Of a stretch of DNA of 64,000 bases, positions 1 through 12,505 are shown piece after piece. The DNA is from the human T2T-CHM13v2.0 reference genome, Homo sapiens. The notes beneath the pieces are model-generated. The model was given only the letters and a program-made list of their open reading frames with translations, ran no database searches and was not told where the DNA came from. The stretch lies in the NCBI RefSeq assembly GCF_009914755.1, contig NC_060937.1; one strand, written 5' to 3'. How positions within the stretch are numbered: position 1 is the first letter of the stretch; each line of letters starts with the position of its first letter. The translations under genes and the position numbers were made by a program.

Positions 1-1511
1 AGTGACTTTGGAACTGGAGGTTGGAACAGTTTGGAGGGCTCAGAAGACAGGAAAATGTGGGAAAGTTTGGAACTTCCTAGAATCTTGTTGAATGGCTTTG
101 ACCAAAATGCTGATAATGATATGGACAATGAAATCCAGGCTGAGATGGTCTCAGATGGAGATGAGGAGATTGTTGGGAACTAGAGTAAAGCTGACTCTCG
201 CTATGTTTTAGCAAAGAGACTGGTGGCATTTTGCCCCTTCCCTAGGGATTTGTGGAACTTTGAACTTGAGAAAGATGATTTAAGGTATCTGGTAGAAGAG
301 ATTTCTCGGCAGCAAAGCATTCAAGATGTGACTTAGGTACTGTCAAAGGCATTCCGTTTTATAAGAGAAGCAGAGCATAAAAGTTCAGAAAACTTGCAGC
401 GTGACGATGTGATAAAAAAGAAAATCCCATTTGCTAAGGAGAAATTGAAGCCAGCTGCAGAAATTTGCATAAGTAACAAGGAACTAAATGTTAATCCCTA
501 AGACAATGGAAAAAATGTCTCCAGGGCATGTCAGAGGTCTTAATGGCAGCCCTTCCCATCACAGACCTAGAGGTCTAGGAGGAAAAAATGGTTTTGTAGG
601 CTGAGCTCAGGGCCTCCCTGCTGTGTGCCACCTAATAACTTGGTGCCCTGTGTCCCAGCTGCTCTAGCCATGGCTAAAAGAGGCCAAGATGATAGCTCAG
701 GCCATGGCTTCACAGGGTGCAAGCTCCAAACTTTGGCAGCTTCCATGTAGTGTTGAGCCTGTGGGTGCATAGAAGTCAAGAATTGAGGTTTGGGAACCTC
801 TGCCTAGATTTCAGAGGACATATGGAAACTCCTGGATGTCCAGGCAGAAGTTTGCTGCAGGGGCAAGGCCCTCATGGAGAACCTCTGCTAGGGCAATGCA
901 GAAGGAAAATGTGTGGCTGAAGCCCCCACACAGTGGCCCCACTGGGGCACTGCCTAGTAGAGCTGTGAGAAGAGGGCCGCTGTTCTTCAGATCTTAGAAT
1001 GGTAGATCCACTGACAGCATGCACTATGCACCTGGAAAAGCTGCAGACACTCAATGCCAGCCTGTGAAAGCAGCCAGGAGGGAGGCTGTACCCTGAAAAG
1101 CTACAGGGGTTGAGCTGCACAAGACCACAGGAACCCATCTCTTGCATCAGTGTGACATGAATGTGAGACATGGAGTTAAAAGAGATCATTTTGAAGTTTT
1201 AAAATTTGATTGCCCTGTTAGATTTCAGACTTGCATAGGGCCTGTAGCCCTCTTGTTTTCGCTCATTTCTCCCATTTGGAATGGGTGTATTTATCCAATG
1301 CCTGTACCCCCATTGTATCTAGGAAGTAAGTGACTTGCTTCTGATTTTACAGGCCCATAGGCAGAAGTGACTTGTCTTGTCTCAGATAAGGGTTTGGACT
1401 GTGGACTTTTGAATTAATGTTAATATGATTTAAGACTTTGGGGGACTATTGGGAAGGCATGACTGGTTTTGAAATGTGAGGACATGAGATTTTGGGGGGG
1501 GTTGGGTAGAG
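1..1511 (+). mobile_element. THE1-type MaLR internal region (truncated at window start)
   Basis: Matches recalled THE1-int (ggaacagtttggagggctcagaag...gggaaagtttggaacttcctaga); ends in a G-rich polypurine-tract-like segment directly before the LTR. Confidence 0.92.
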
Positions 1512-1878
1512 TGATATGGTTTGGCTGTGTTCCCACCCAAATCTCATCTTGAATGGTAGCTCCCACAATTCCCATGTGTTGTGGGAGGGATCCAGTGGGA
1601 AGTAATTGTATCATGGGGATGGGTCTTTTCTGTGCTGTTCTTGTGATACAGAATAAGTCTCATGAGATCTGATGGTTTTATAAGTGGGAGTTTCTCTGCA
1701 CAAGCTGTCTTTGCCTGCTGCCATCCATGTAAGATACTGCTTGCTCCTCCTTGCCTTCCACCGTAATTGTGAGGCCTCCCCAGCCATGTGGAACTGTAAA
1801 TCCATTAAACCTCTTTCTTTTGTAAATTGTGCCATCTCAGGTATGTCTTTATCAGCAGTGTGGAAATGGACTAATACA
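1512..1878 (+). mobile_element. THE1 3' LTR (THE1B/C-like)
   Basis: Starts TGATATGGTTTGGCTGTG, ends GGACTAATACA; 367 bp with TG...CA termini. Confidence 0.93.
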
Positions 1879-3655
1879 AGCTCCTTAATCTGCTATAAAA
1901 TTATCAGTCTCCCATCAGCCAGTGAAACAATGCAAGCCACTTCTTTTCTAACTAACCCATTAGAAAGTGTCCTTATCCCTGTTTAAAAAATTAGTTTTCA
2001 TAATCTGAATTGTTTTTGCTGGGTCTTGATGAATTCTATTTACTAGAAACCACAGGCATGCTCTTTTCTATTTTTTCAACAGATGCATCTCCACTTTTGA
2101 CTAAACCTTGGTGTTTATTCTAATTTTTTGATTTCTACATATTTAGTTTCCCTTCAGATATTATAAGATAGTCACCTCTCTTTTAAACACTTATTCTGGT
2201 AAGGGAAGTGTTGCACTAGAGAATTGTTTTAAATCCTAACATTTATTCTATACTATATTCCTTCTGAGGAAGGTATATATATATTTAAAAATGTATGATG
2301 TTCATGTTAACAGAATGAAGGATATAAATCACAGTATTGACTAGGAAGGCTGCATTTTATGTATATTTTTGATAAATGGGCTAATATACAAGGTTGAAAA
2401 TATATAATCAAGCTTGTTTTATATAAAATTGTCTGACTATTAGTATCTACTAGCCACTGACAGAAAGTAAATCTATATCAATAGATTTAGAAAAAGCATT
2501 TGACAAAATTCAACTTTACTTCATGATAGAAACTCTCAACCAACTATGAGTGAAAGGAAATTACCACAACCTAATAATATAAAAAGCTCACATCTAACAG
2601 ATATTCAAAGATAAAAATTTGGAAGCTTTTTCTCTGGAATCAGAAATCAGGAACAAGGCAAAAAAGCCCATTATTTCCACTTCTATTTAACATAGTACTA
2701 GAAGTTCTATCCAGAGCAAGTAGGCAAGAAAAAAAAGGCATTCACATCAGAAAGGAAGAAACAAAATTATCTCTGTTGCAGATGACATGGTCACTTGTGT
2801 AGAGAACCCTAAATATTCCACAAATAACTCCAAAAACAAAAACTGTTGGAACTAAAAAACAATTCAGAAAAATTATAAGATACAAAGATAACAATCAAAA
2901 ATCAGTTGCATTTATATACATGAACAATAAACTGTCTGAAAATAAAATTAAGAAAACAATTCATTTACAAGAGTGTCAAAGTGAAGAAAATACTTAGAAA
3001 TAACTTGAACTAAGAAAGTGAAAGACCTGTACACCGAAAACTACAACACATTGCTGAAAAAAACTAAAGACACAAATAAATGGAAAGGTATCCCATGCTC
3101 ATGGCTTGGAAGGTTTAGCACTAAAATCTCTCTGTTACTAAAAGTGAGTATTATAGACTCAATGCAAATTTTACCAATATCTCAATGGCATTTTTTTACA
3201 GAAATGGAAAAAGAATCCTAAAATAGATAAACTGCAAGAAGAGTGAGTAGCAAAAACTATTTTGAGAAAGAAGAACAGAAGTGAAGACATTTCACTGCCT
3301 GATTCAAAAATATATTACAAAGCTATAATTAAAATGATATAATAATGGCACAAAAACAGACATATAGACCACAACAGAGAATAATTTACTATAATCGAAA
3401 ACATAATAGAGAATACAGAAATAAACCCATGCATATACAGTCAACAGATTTTAGACAAAGGTGTCAAGAATACATAATGGAAAAAGGATATTGTCTTCAA
3501 CAAATGGCATTGGGAATACTAAATATTGATATGCAAAAAATACAATTGGATCCTTATCTTGTATATGAAAATTCAAAATGGATTAAACACCTAAATGTAA
3601 GATCAGAAACTGTAAAATTCCTAGAAGAAGACATACGGGAAAAAGCTTTAGGACA

Positions 3656-4050
3656 GCTACTCTGGTTTGAATGTTTTTTTCCTTCAAAATTTATGTTAAA
3701 ATTTTATCTCCAATATAATAGTATTAAAAGGTAGGGCCTTCAGGAGGTGATTAGGTCATGAGGGCTCCTCCATTGTGAATGGATTAAGGCCCTTATAAGA
3801 GGCTTCATACAATGTTCACCCTTTTTGCCCTTCTGTCCCATCTACCATGTGAGGACACCGCGTTCTTCCCCTCCAGATGATGCAGCAACAAGGCACCACC
3901 TTAGAAGCAGAAAGGAGCCCTCTCTAGACACCAAATGTATTGGTGCCTTAATTTTTGACTTCCCTGCCTCCAGAAGTGTGATCAACAAATGCCTGTTGCT
4001 TATAATTACCCAGTGTCAGGTATCTTGTTATAGTGGCACAAACTAAGAAA
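3656..4050 (+). mobile_element. MST-family MaLR solo LTR inserted in L1
   Basis: ggtttgaatg...ggtgattaggtcatgagggctcc...gacttccctgcctccagaagtgtga...tcaggtatcttgttatagtggcacaaactaag; L1 continues on both sides. Confidence 0.82.
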
Positions 4051-4499
4051 ACACTGGTCTTGGCAATTCTTTTTTAGATAGGACATGAAAAGTTTAGGCA
4101 ACAAAATAAAAAACAGATAACTGAAACTACATCAAACTAAAATTTTCTGCACAGCAAAGGAAATTAACATAGTAAAAAGGCAACATATGGAATGGAAGAA
4201 AATACTTGCAAACCACTTATTTGATAAGAACTTAATATCCAAAGTATATAAAAATCTCAACTCAATAACAAGAAAACAAATAACTTAAAAATGGGCAAAG
4301 GACCTGAATAGACATTTCTAAAAAGAAGAACATCTTTTGATCTTAACATCTTTTGATGTACCCATTGACCATTTTATATGTCTGTAATTATCAGGAGCTG
4401 TAAACCAAACTAATTATCAAAAAACCATAAACCAAAACTACAATGAGATATTACCTCATACCTGTTAGTATGGCTATTATCAAAAAATACAAAAGATAC

Positions 4500-4800
4500 G
4501 GCCAGGCGTGGTGGCTCATACCTGTAATCCCAGCACTTTGGGAGGCTGAGGAAGAAGGATCACTTAATATCAGGAGTTCAGGACCAGCCTGAGTGAAAAA
4601 GTGAGACCCTGTCTCTACAAAAAATTAAAAATAACTGGGAGTGGTGGCATGCATCTATTGTCCCAGCTACTTAGGAGGCTGAGGAATGAGGATTGCTTGA
4701 GCCCAGGAGTTTGAGGCTATACTGAGCCATTATTGTACCACTGCACTCCAGTCTGGACAACCTAGGGGAGACCATGTTGCAGAAAACAAACAAAAAACAA
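4500..4800 (+). mobile_element. AluJ
   Basis: Dimeric Alu with J-type features (ttgagcccaggagtttgaggct); TSD acaaaagata at 4489-4498 and 4797-4806. Confidence 0.92.
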
Positions 4801-5904
4801 AAGATAACAAGTGTTGATGAGGATGTGGAGAAAAGGAAACCTTTGCATACTGTTGGTGGGAATGTAAATTCGTATGGCCATTACGGAAAAGAGTATGAAG
4901 GTTTCTCAAAAAAAATTAAAAATAGAACTACCGTATGATCCAGCAATCCCACTATTGGTTATATCTCCAAAGGAAATGAAATCAGGGTCTCAAGGAGATA
5001 TCTACACTCCCTTGTTTATTACAGTACTGTTCACAATAGCCAAGGAAAGAAAACAACCTAAATGCCCATCAACAGATGAATGAATGAAGAAAATATAGTA
5101 CATACACACAATGGACTATTATTCAGCCTTAAAAAAATAAAGATATCCTGCTAGATCCAACAACACGGATGAACCTTGAGAACATGATGTTAAATAAACC
5201 AGTCACAAGGATAAATATCTCATGATACCTCCTATATGAGGAATCTAAAATAGTGAAATTCACAGAAGCAGAGTATGGTGATTGCCAGAAGCTGGAGGAG
5301 GGGAAATAGGTATTAGTCAAAGTGTACAAAGTTTCAGTGATTCAACATGAGTAAGTCCTAGAATCTGCATGGCAATAATGACTATAGTTTACAATACTGT
5401 ACACTTAACATTTTGTTAAGAGGACAGATCTCATGTGTTCCTACTACAATTAAATGAAAAATATGTATAGTTAATTTTAAAAAGGCAGAGAGTGGATGTT
5501 AAGTGTTCTCACCACAAAAACAATAATTCTGTGAGGTATTGCATTTGTTAATTAACTAGATTTAACTATTTCATAATGCATATATACTTCAAAACATGTA
5601 CACAGTTAATATGTACAATTTTTCAACAATTAAAAAGTATGGTTATATAGGGACTTAGCTTCTGAGCAAAATGCATCAAATATGTAGAATTCTTGATAAT
5701 ACTAACAAATTACCTACTTATGGAAGGATAGACAATCATGCTTGTTTGAATAATGAGTCTCCTCAGTGTTTTAAGTTATAACTTATCTAACTTATCTAAT
5801 TGTATCAGCCTATTCCTTTCCTTTCCTATTCCTTTCCTTAGTAGCAGTCACCCCAGTTTGAATTGTTCAACATTTGTTTACTAGTTGAATGTCTATGGAG
5901 CTTC

Positions 5905-6015
5905 ACTGGAGTATAAGCCTCCTGAGAGCAGGAACCCTGTGTCTGTGCTGTTCTCAGAATCAAAAAGACTTTCTGACACATAAGAAGAGACTAATAAATA
6001 TTTGTAAATATTTGT
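5905..6015 (+). mobile_element. L2 3' end fragment
   Basis: gtataagcctcctgagagcaggaaccctgtgtctg...taataaatatttgt. Confidence 0.6.
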
Positions 6016-7104
6016 CCAGTGACCTGCAGATGATTGGATTCAGATATATTTTAAAGACTCAAAGTTTATAAATGCAAAACTGGATAGCTTATACCTTTGG
6101 GATACCATTTTGATTGACATTCTAGAATGTGAATATTTTAAAGTTTAGTTGCTCAAGGCTTATGGAGCCAGGAGAAGACAGGATGAGATCAGTTCAAAGC
6201 AGATGCCTGGCCAGTGTCAGCAGTGTTCTAGCAGATCCACATCCTGGGATAATGTCTAGGGAGGAGGCTGAGCCTAGTCAAGGTGAATTCCTGCTTCTGT
6301 TTGACTGCCAAAGTCAGAGCAAGTGAATTAATTTGTGTTGACAATTTAAGTTCTAAGAGTTTTTATGTCTATTTTTATCTACTTTACTGTAAGAATGGTG
6401 GGTGGAGAAATAGTGCTCATTTTTCATTTTTAACCACACAAATATTACCCTAACCTACCCAAGCAAAATTTCCCTTGAATCATTGAAAGTATTTTATGAA
6501 TTTTAAATGTGTAGAATAACAATAGTCACCTGAAAGGAAGTAATACAATATTTCCAGTGTGAAATCCTGTTTATAAAGCAGATCAGGAGAGAGAAAAATG
6601 CAAACAGATTTACATGAGAGTCAAGTTTCTAGAAGCTCACATAGAGATGGACTATTAGGGAAGAAGTATGGTGCACACAGCCTGCAGGGTAAGATGACCT
6701 GAGGTTTCACCTGTGTAATAATCCCCTGCTGTGTCTTAGGCCAGGGATCTCTCTGCCTTAACTTACTTGCCTGGGAACCTTAGATGTGTTTGATCATCTC
6801 ACTGCAAACCTGCCTATACTTAGAGCTGTTGCACATTTTTTTTTTCTTTTAACGTGTGCACCTGTGTTCTGACTCAGTCTAGAAAAGGAACACAAGTTGC
6901 GCAGAAACCATGGCAAGAAATAAGGTTTCTGACTGAGGAAAACCAGATTATCATTTCAACTCTACACACCAACTGTTACAGAAGCACTATTTTTTTTTTT
7001 TTTCCTCTGAGCTCAATTTTGTCATCTGCTAAGGGGTAATTCGTTACTATGTGTACTCCAGATGTTTTACATACAGGGTCTCCTTAATCCTCACAATAAC
7101 CCTA

Positions 7105-7670
7105 TATGATGGGTTTTTGATGTGTCGTCTTGACTAGGGTTTTATTGATCCTGTGTCACCCAGAATTCCTTTTCTCACGTGTTCTGGTTAGGGTGGGCCA
7201 TGAGTAACATCCTCTTTCCCTTTGGAGCTGGAAGGTTGAGGGAGGCACAGCTATTTTGTAGCACACATATCTTCTCTCCACTATTCAAAGACTAGTCTAG
7301 GTCCTACTGTGAAGGGATTTTGCAGTTATAATTAAAGTCCCTAATCAACTGACTTTATGCTAATCAAAACAGAGATTCTATTAGGCCTGAAAATAGTTGA
7401 AAGGACTTTAGTAAAAGAGGGTGTAGGCCTTCTTCTTGAGCTAAAAGATTCTCAACAATGGCTAGATCTGTGACTGCGCTCCTTCCCCCATGTCTTCCTT
7501 CTTAACTGAACCTGTGGGTGGATGGCAAGCTTCAGCTCCTGCCCTTGGGGTTCAGCTGCTCATCACCTTCCTGACTGCCACTCAAGGACTTTGGACTTCC
7601 TTTGCTGCCACAATGGTGTGAGCCAGTTCCTGTAATAAACCTCTTTATGCTGAACCCTGACTGCTACACC
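7105..7670 (+). mobile_element. ERVL-class LTR (MLT2-like) inserted in a minus-strand MIR (about 7040-7800)
   Basis: tgatgggtttttgatgtgtcgtcttgactagg...gtgaagggattttgcag...gaaccctgactgctaca; MIR pieces (tccttaatcctcacaataaccctat) flank it. Confidence 0.6.
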
Positions 7671-7849
7671 CCATCAGGTGGATAATATTTCCAACACTAT
7701 TATGCATATAAGGAAGCTCGAAGAGTTTATTATGTTACCTTGTGTTTTGCAGTTAATAAACTTCAGAGCCTTGAGTTGAAGCTACACTGTCTAGGGATCA
7801 CAGAGGTTACCAAACTTCCTGAAAAGAGCTTAGATAATCAGATAGGAAA

Positions 7850-7965
7850 ACAGACCAGGTCCCTGAAGGCAGGCATTGTATCTCTCTTGCTTACCACCGC
7901 AGCCTCATTTCTTGGGAGTCTGGCGTGTGGAGGTATTTGTTGTTGAATGAATGAATAAATGAAAA
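7850..7965 (+). mobile_element. L2 3' end fragment
   Basis: ccctgaaggcaggcattgtatctctcttgcttacc...tatttgttgttgaatgaatgaataaatgaa. Confidence 0.6.
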
Positions 7966-10469
7966 ATGCAAAGTGCTAATCATATATAGGTTTTATTATT
8001 ACAAATGACAATATTTCAATTGGCTTGGGATCTTATAAAATCATACTTAGTTACAGCAGTTTTTGTAAGCTTGGAAGGAAAATCTCCATTTCTTTTTTTC
8101 TTTAGCTCTGTAATTTGAATGGAAAACCAAAGATTCATGATCTTGTCTCAGCTTGACCACTTTGTTTTCTTGGCCAATCAATTTAAGAACGCCGACTCAA
8201 GTTTCAAGCATATAAAATAGCAAGACAACAGCACTCACTCTGTGTGTCACAAAAATGCCATTTAGGGAGATTAGATAATATCTGAATGCCTGGATTTTGA
8301 GTAGCTGTGGTGAGCAGGGCTTTGTATTTGACACTGAGAGAAATCAAAAGAGGCTGCAGTCTCTGCACCGCGGGGAATGGACAGTCAGGGGCACACGGGA
8401 CAGCATACCTGGAAGGAGCAGAGAAGTAAGACAGAGCCAAGTGCATATTCTTTTTGTGTAAATGTGCACCTTTAATGGAGCAATTGGGTTTTGAGAAATT
8501 AAAATAGCAAATTTTCTATTATGAAGACAGGGATTTTGCTTTTTAAAGTTATGTCTGTATCTGCAGCAACTAGGACAATACCTTGCAGATAGTAAGTGTT
8601 CAATACATATTTGCTTTAAACAATCAAGTTTTAGATGAGTTTTCAGAAGAGGAATAGAACACAGTGTATCAGAAATAAGGGCAGCAAGCAATCTGAACAA
8701 GGAAGGATGTACAAAAAAAGCACTAAAGTCTCAGCTGTCCTTGAACTCAGGTGCTAACATTTCTCTGTTGTACAAAACGATTTACCAGGCTGTGTTCAAA
8801 GTCATATTCTGATTCTGAAATATATTATTTCCTAAAGAAAGAATTCTAGCCTTGGGCTGTGACATTCAAGCTATTTTACCAAAGAGGTTTCCCTAAAGTG
8901 TAACATGAATTTCTCTTATAGCTCTAAAGAACAGATACAATGGCGGGGGTTTACTTTAGGGATTCTTTTAGAAATACCTTTTTTCCAGCTTGATTGTTTC
9001 TCACAAGGCCATAATTACCTGAGAAGCTTTCAAGCCCTTCCAAGGGACTTTAAGATCATTGGGGATTTGAAAGCAGCTCTAATGATAGAGGCAGGAATGA
9101 GGCACTAGGGTGCTCTGGGTAGAGAATTTCTGTGGAAAGTTGTTTCATTGCTTTCTTCCATATTAAATTGTCCTCTGTGGTCTCCAGTTCCAGGCCCTTA
9201 TTTCTGCATGAGAGCGGGCGAGAGCCCAGTGTAGGACAGAGTGATGCTTGCTGGGGCAGAGCATGTTGGGATTTTTGTTTCATTTTGTTTTGACAGCCAG
9301 ATCCATCTTACAACCTTCCTGTTCTTTGTTTCCATTCCCAGTCTTAAGGCGTTAATTAAAGATTCCCTCTCGCCTGATTCACAGAGCATCTGTCTGAAAG
9401 TTCAGGGCCGTCAGCAGAAATGTGCCGTCACGCAGCACCAGCACAGTCCTAGGAAAATACCAATAAGCACATTAAACAAAAGAGGAGTTAAGAGGCAATA
9501 AGACAAATTTCCTAGATATGTGCCATTTCGCTGCAAATCCACTTTAATATCTTTCAGGTTAAACTTGACTTGTGCATATAAAGCATGTGGAAACAAGAAC
9601 TGAAACCTAATAATTCAGAGAGCAAGAATGAAATGTGACAAGGTTTTCATGATTGAAAATGAAAATGAAATCAATTGCTTGCTCTCTTGGGTTAAGAGAA
9701 TAAATTGGATTACCAAAACTTTAATTTAGCCAAGAAGACACAGCTTTTGTTGAGAAAATAAATGACTTTGTTTATCAATTATCTATGAAGTATCAAAGAG
9801 TAGGATGCAGGGAAAGAGGAATGCACTTAGAGTCCTTGCTTCCAGGCTGAAAAGAAGCATGGAATAGTTTCAAGCAAGCTATTTAACCGTTCTATGACTC
9901 AAATTATCCATCCTTTAAAATGGCAAACCTATTATCATCATCAAAAGCATTTGCTAAGCGCCTCACTTTGCATGGTGCTGGGATGTGGGGAAAAAAGGAG
10001 AAACTTCCAGATTATACCAAAAGAGATAAAAGCTTGACTGAAGTCAGTATATTAAAAAGAATGTCATGCATTAATAAAAAATACTGTTTTATTTTTGTCC
10101 AAGAATCAAAGTTATTTTCTATATTGAAATTGGAGTTTTATGTGAGATATAAATGCAGCTATATATGCTCATGTGTGTGTATCTATCATCTATTTATCTG
10201 TCTACGACAATTTTCACTGACTCTTAATTATATGATAAAAATGTCAAGGGACTAGAGGGGAAATAATCTGAGCTTCACCCAGTGCCTTCTGCCTACCATC
10301 AGCTATGGGCACTTCAGGTTTGTTGCTTTACTCTACCGCAAAATGACTTTATGAAAACAGGCTTTATTAGCTGTTCTCTATAGTTGAGGATCTAAAGTGC
10401 AGAGAGAGTACATAGCACAGTCCAATTCCACACAGTAGAGGGCAGCTTCCAATTGGATGTGGCTGATTC

Positions 10470-10975
10470 TTATGTAAGAAACGGGACTGGACTCAGGAGG
10501 CCAGGTTCTGACACTGGACCAAATTGAGGACTAGCTGAAACAGGTCCCTAGTGGAAGCAGCTTTCTATAAGACACACCCACCAGCATGCCATGTCAGCTT
10601 ACCATTGCCATGGCAGCACCTGGAAGTTACCTCCTCTTTCCATGGCAATGACCCAACCAACCGGGAGTTAACACTGTGATCCTGGAAATTTCTGTATAAA
10701 CTGCCTCTTAATTTGCATATAATTAAAAGTTGGTGGAAATAAGAGTTCAGCATTGCCTCTGAGCTGCCACTCTGGGCTCACTGCCTATGAAGTAGCCCTG
10801 GTGCAAAGAGCGTAAGTACCTCTGCTGCTACTGTACACTGCCACTTCAGTAAAAGTTACTGTTTAATAAAAGTTGCTGTTTAACACCACTGGCTGGCACT
10901 TGAATTCTTTTCAGGGCAAAGTGAAGAACCCTCCTGGGCTAAACCTCAGTTCTGGGGCTCACCTGTCCTGCATGA
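10470..10975 (+). mobile_element. ERV1 MER4-group solo LTR (MER48/MER41-like) inserted in a MIR
   Basis: ggaccaaattgaggactagc...ccatggcagcacctggaagttac...gaattctttt...aagaaccctcctgggctaa...cctgtcctgcatga; near-TSD attc/actc; MIR sequence resumes after it. Confidence 0.78.
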
Positions 10976-11639
10976 ACTCCACAGCCTGAGCTCCTTTTGT
11001 CCCCCCAACTTCCATTCTCTGCAAAAGATGAGGCTCCCCAACATCATCAACCAGCAAGCAGAAGATTGGTCACGAAGGCCATTGTGGTGATTGGAGCTTG
11101 CAGAGCTCACTTTCCAGCAGGTTGACCTGAAGGAGGACTGCCAGGCCACCCAGATGGTGTCAGAACTGTACCCTCAGTTTGGCCATCTTGTTACTTGTCC
11201 TGAGTGGAGATAGACGTGGCAAGCCTGTACCTTCCACAGTGAGCCAAGGAGGGAAATTTAGGTCATCATCTGACAGAAATATCCTTTTGCAAAGAAAGTT
11301 GTTTTAGTGGAAATGAGACTAAGTTTTCCAGGTTGCCTGTCTGCACTGATGAAATTACCTTCATCAAAACATGTCTTTTGGGCTTATGTCAGGCGCTCAA
11401 AGAGACTTGTTTGTTGCCATGGTTTTGAGCTGTCCCCATAAGGCTGGAACAGACACTTTCTAGGTATTGGAGTAAGGTGGCTCTGGGGTTGAGAACAGTG
11501 ACAGGTGAGCTAGGAGCAGCATTGTCAGAACTATGCTTCCTGTACCCCTGCTCTTCTCCCCTGTTCCCTTCCCAAGCCACGCTTCACCTAAACAAAGCAG
11601 GTGTGACGTTAGATGGAGAGAACATTACTACATATAGAA

Positions 11640-11860
11640 AACCTAATTTCAGTAAACCAGGATTTCAATCCTCATTCTACCACCTCCCAGTGACGTGACT
11701 TTAAGAAATGTACTTATGATTCTGAATATCAGTTTACTCAAGTATATTCTCCAAAGTGGGAATAACCTTTGTGAATCACTGGAAGATGTGAATAAAATCA
11801 TGTGGTAAGTACTTTGCATGATGTTATCATGATAAGTCCTCTGTTAACATTAATTTCCCT
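11640..11860 (+). mobile_element. MIR
   Basis: accaggatttcaatcctcattctaccacc...gtgacttta...cagtttactc...gtgggaataa core. Confidence 0.65.
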
Positions 11861-11871
11861 TCCCTTTTTAG

Positions 11872-11983
11872 GTTCATCTAAGCCTTTTTATCCTCAAAGA
11901 ATAGGTAATTAGGACATGCTATCTTTGATGCAAACAGTTTAGAGCCATGTGTAAACTAAACAATTAAGGTGAGCAGAGACCAG
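11872..11983 (+). ncRNA. Candidate non-coding exon (+)
   Basis: Acceptor aatttcccttccctttttag|G; donor CAG|gtaagc; alternative donors at 11905, 11969 and 12011. No transcript evidence. Confidence 0.3.
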
Positions 11984-12240
11984 GTAAGCAGACACAATCA
12001 TTAGGAAACAGTAAGTTTTAGCCATCAGCCAATTGAGGAAGGAGGGGAAAGGAGAGGTTTTCAGCATGTGTGAGAATGTTCACAGTCTGTATTCCAAAGA
12101 TCAAATCAGATGTGAACTGATTGGAGTGCAGTTACGCAACACATGGGACACCACTGGGGTTCCTTCCCAAGACAAGGTCAAAAGAGAGGTAGGGCAGAAG
12201 CAAGATCCCAGCAAGGCAGAAAACAAATTCGAGAATTATT

Positions 12241-12505
12241 AAAAAAACCAAACACCACATGTTCTCACTCATAGGTGGGAACTGAACAATGAGAACACTT
12301 GGGCACAGGGTGGGGAACATCACACACTGGGGCCTGTCATGGGGTGGGGGGACAGGGGAAGGATAGCATTAGGAGATATACCTAATGTTAATGACGAGTT
12401 AATGGGTGCAGCACACCAACATGGCGCATGTATACATATGTAACAAACCTGCACATTGTGCACATGTACCCTATAACTTAAAGTATAATAATAATAATAA
12501 AAAAA
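12241..12505 (+). mobile_element. 5'-truncated L1PA (primate L1) 3' end
   Basis: catgttctcactcataggtgggaactgaacaatgagaacac...gtgcagcacaccaacatggc...cttaaagtataataataa plus A tail. Confidence 0.95.

Larger units (their letters stand above)
2305..5640 (+). mobile_element. Degenerate L1MA-type LINE-1 (ORF2 3' part and 3' UTR), interrupted by an MST LTR and an AluJ; a second short L1 3' end at about 5485-5637
   Basis: ORF2-like remnants (KDLYTENYNTLLK..KWKGIPCSWLGR; IELPYDPAIPLL; KQPKCPSTDE) with many stops and frameshifts. Confidence 0.9.

Noticed and set aside
3018-5083. ORFs resembling L1 ORF2 (also 21866-22264 and 55138-55416)
   Set aside because: Fragments of dead, truncated L1 copies with stops and frameshifts.
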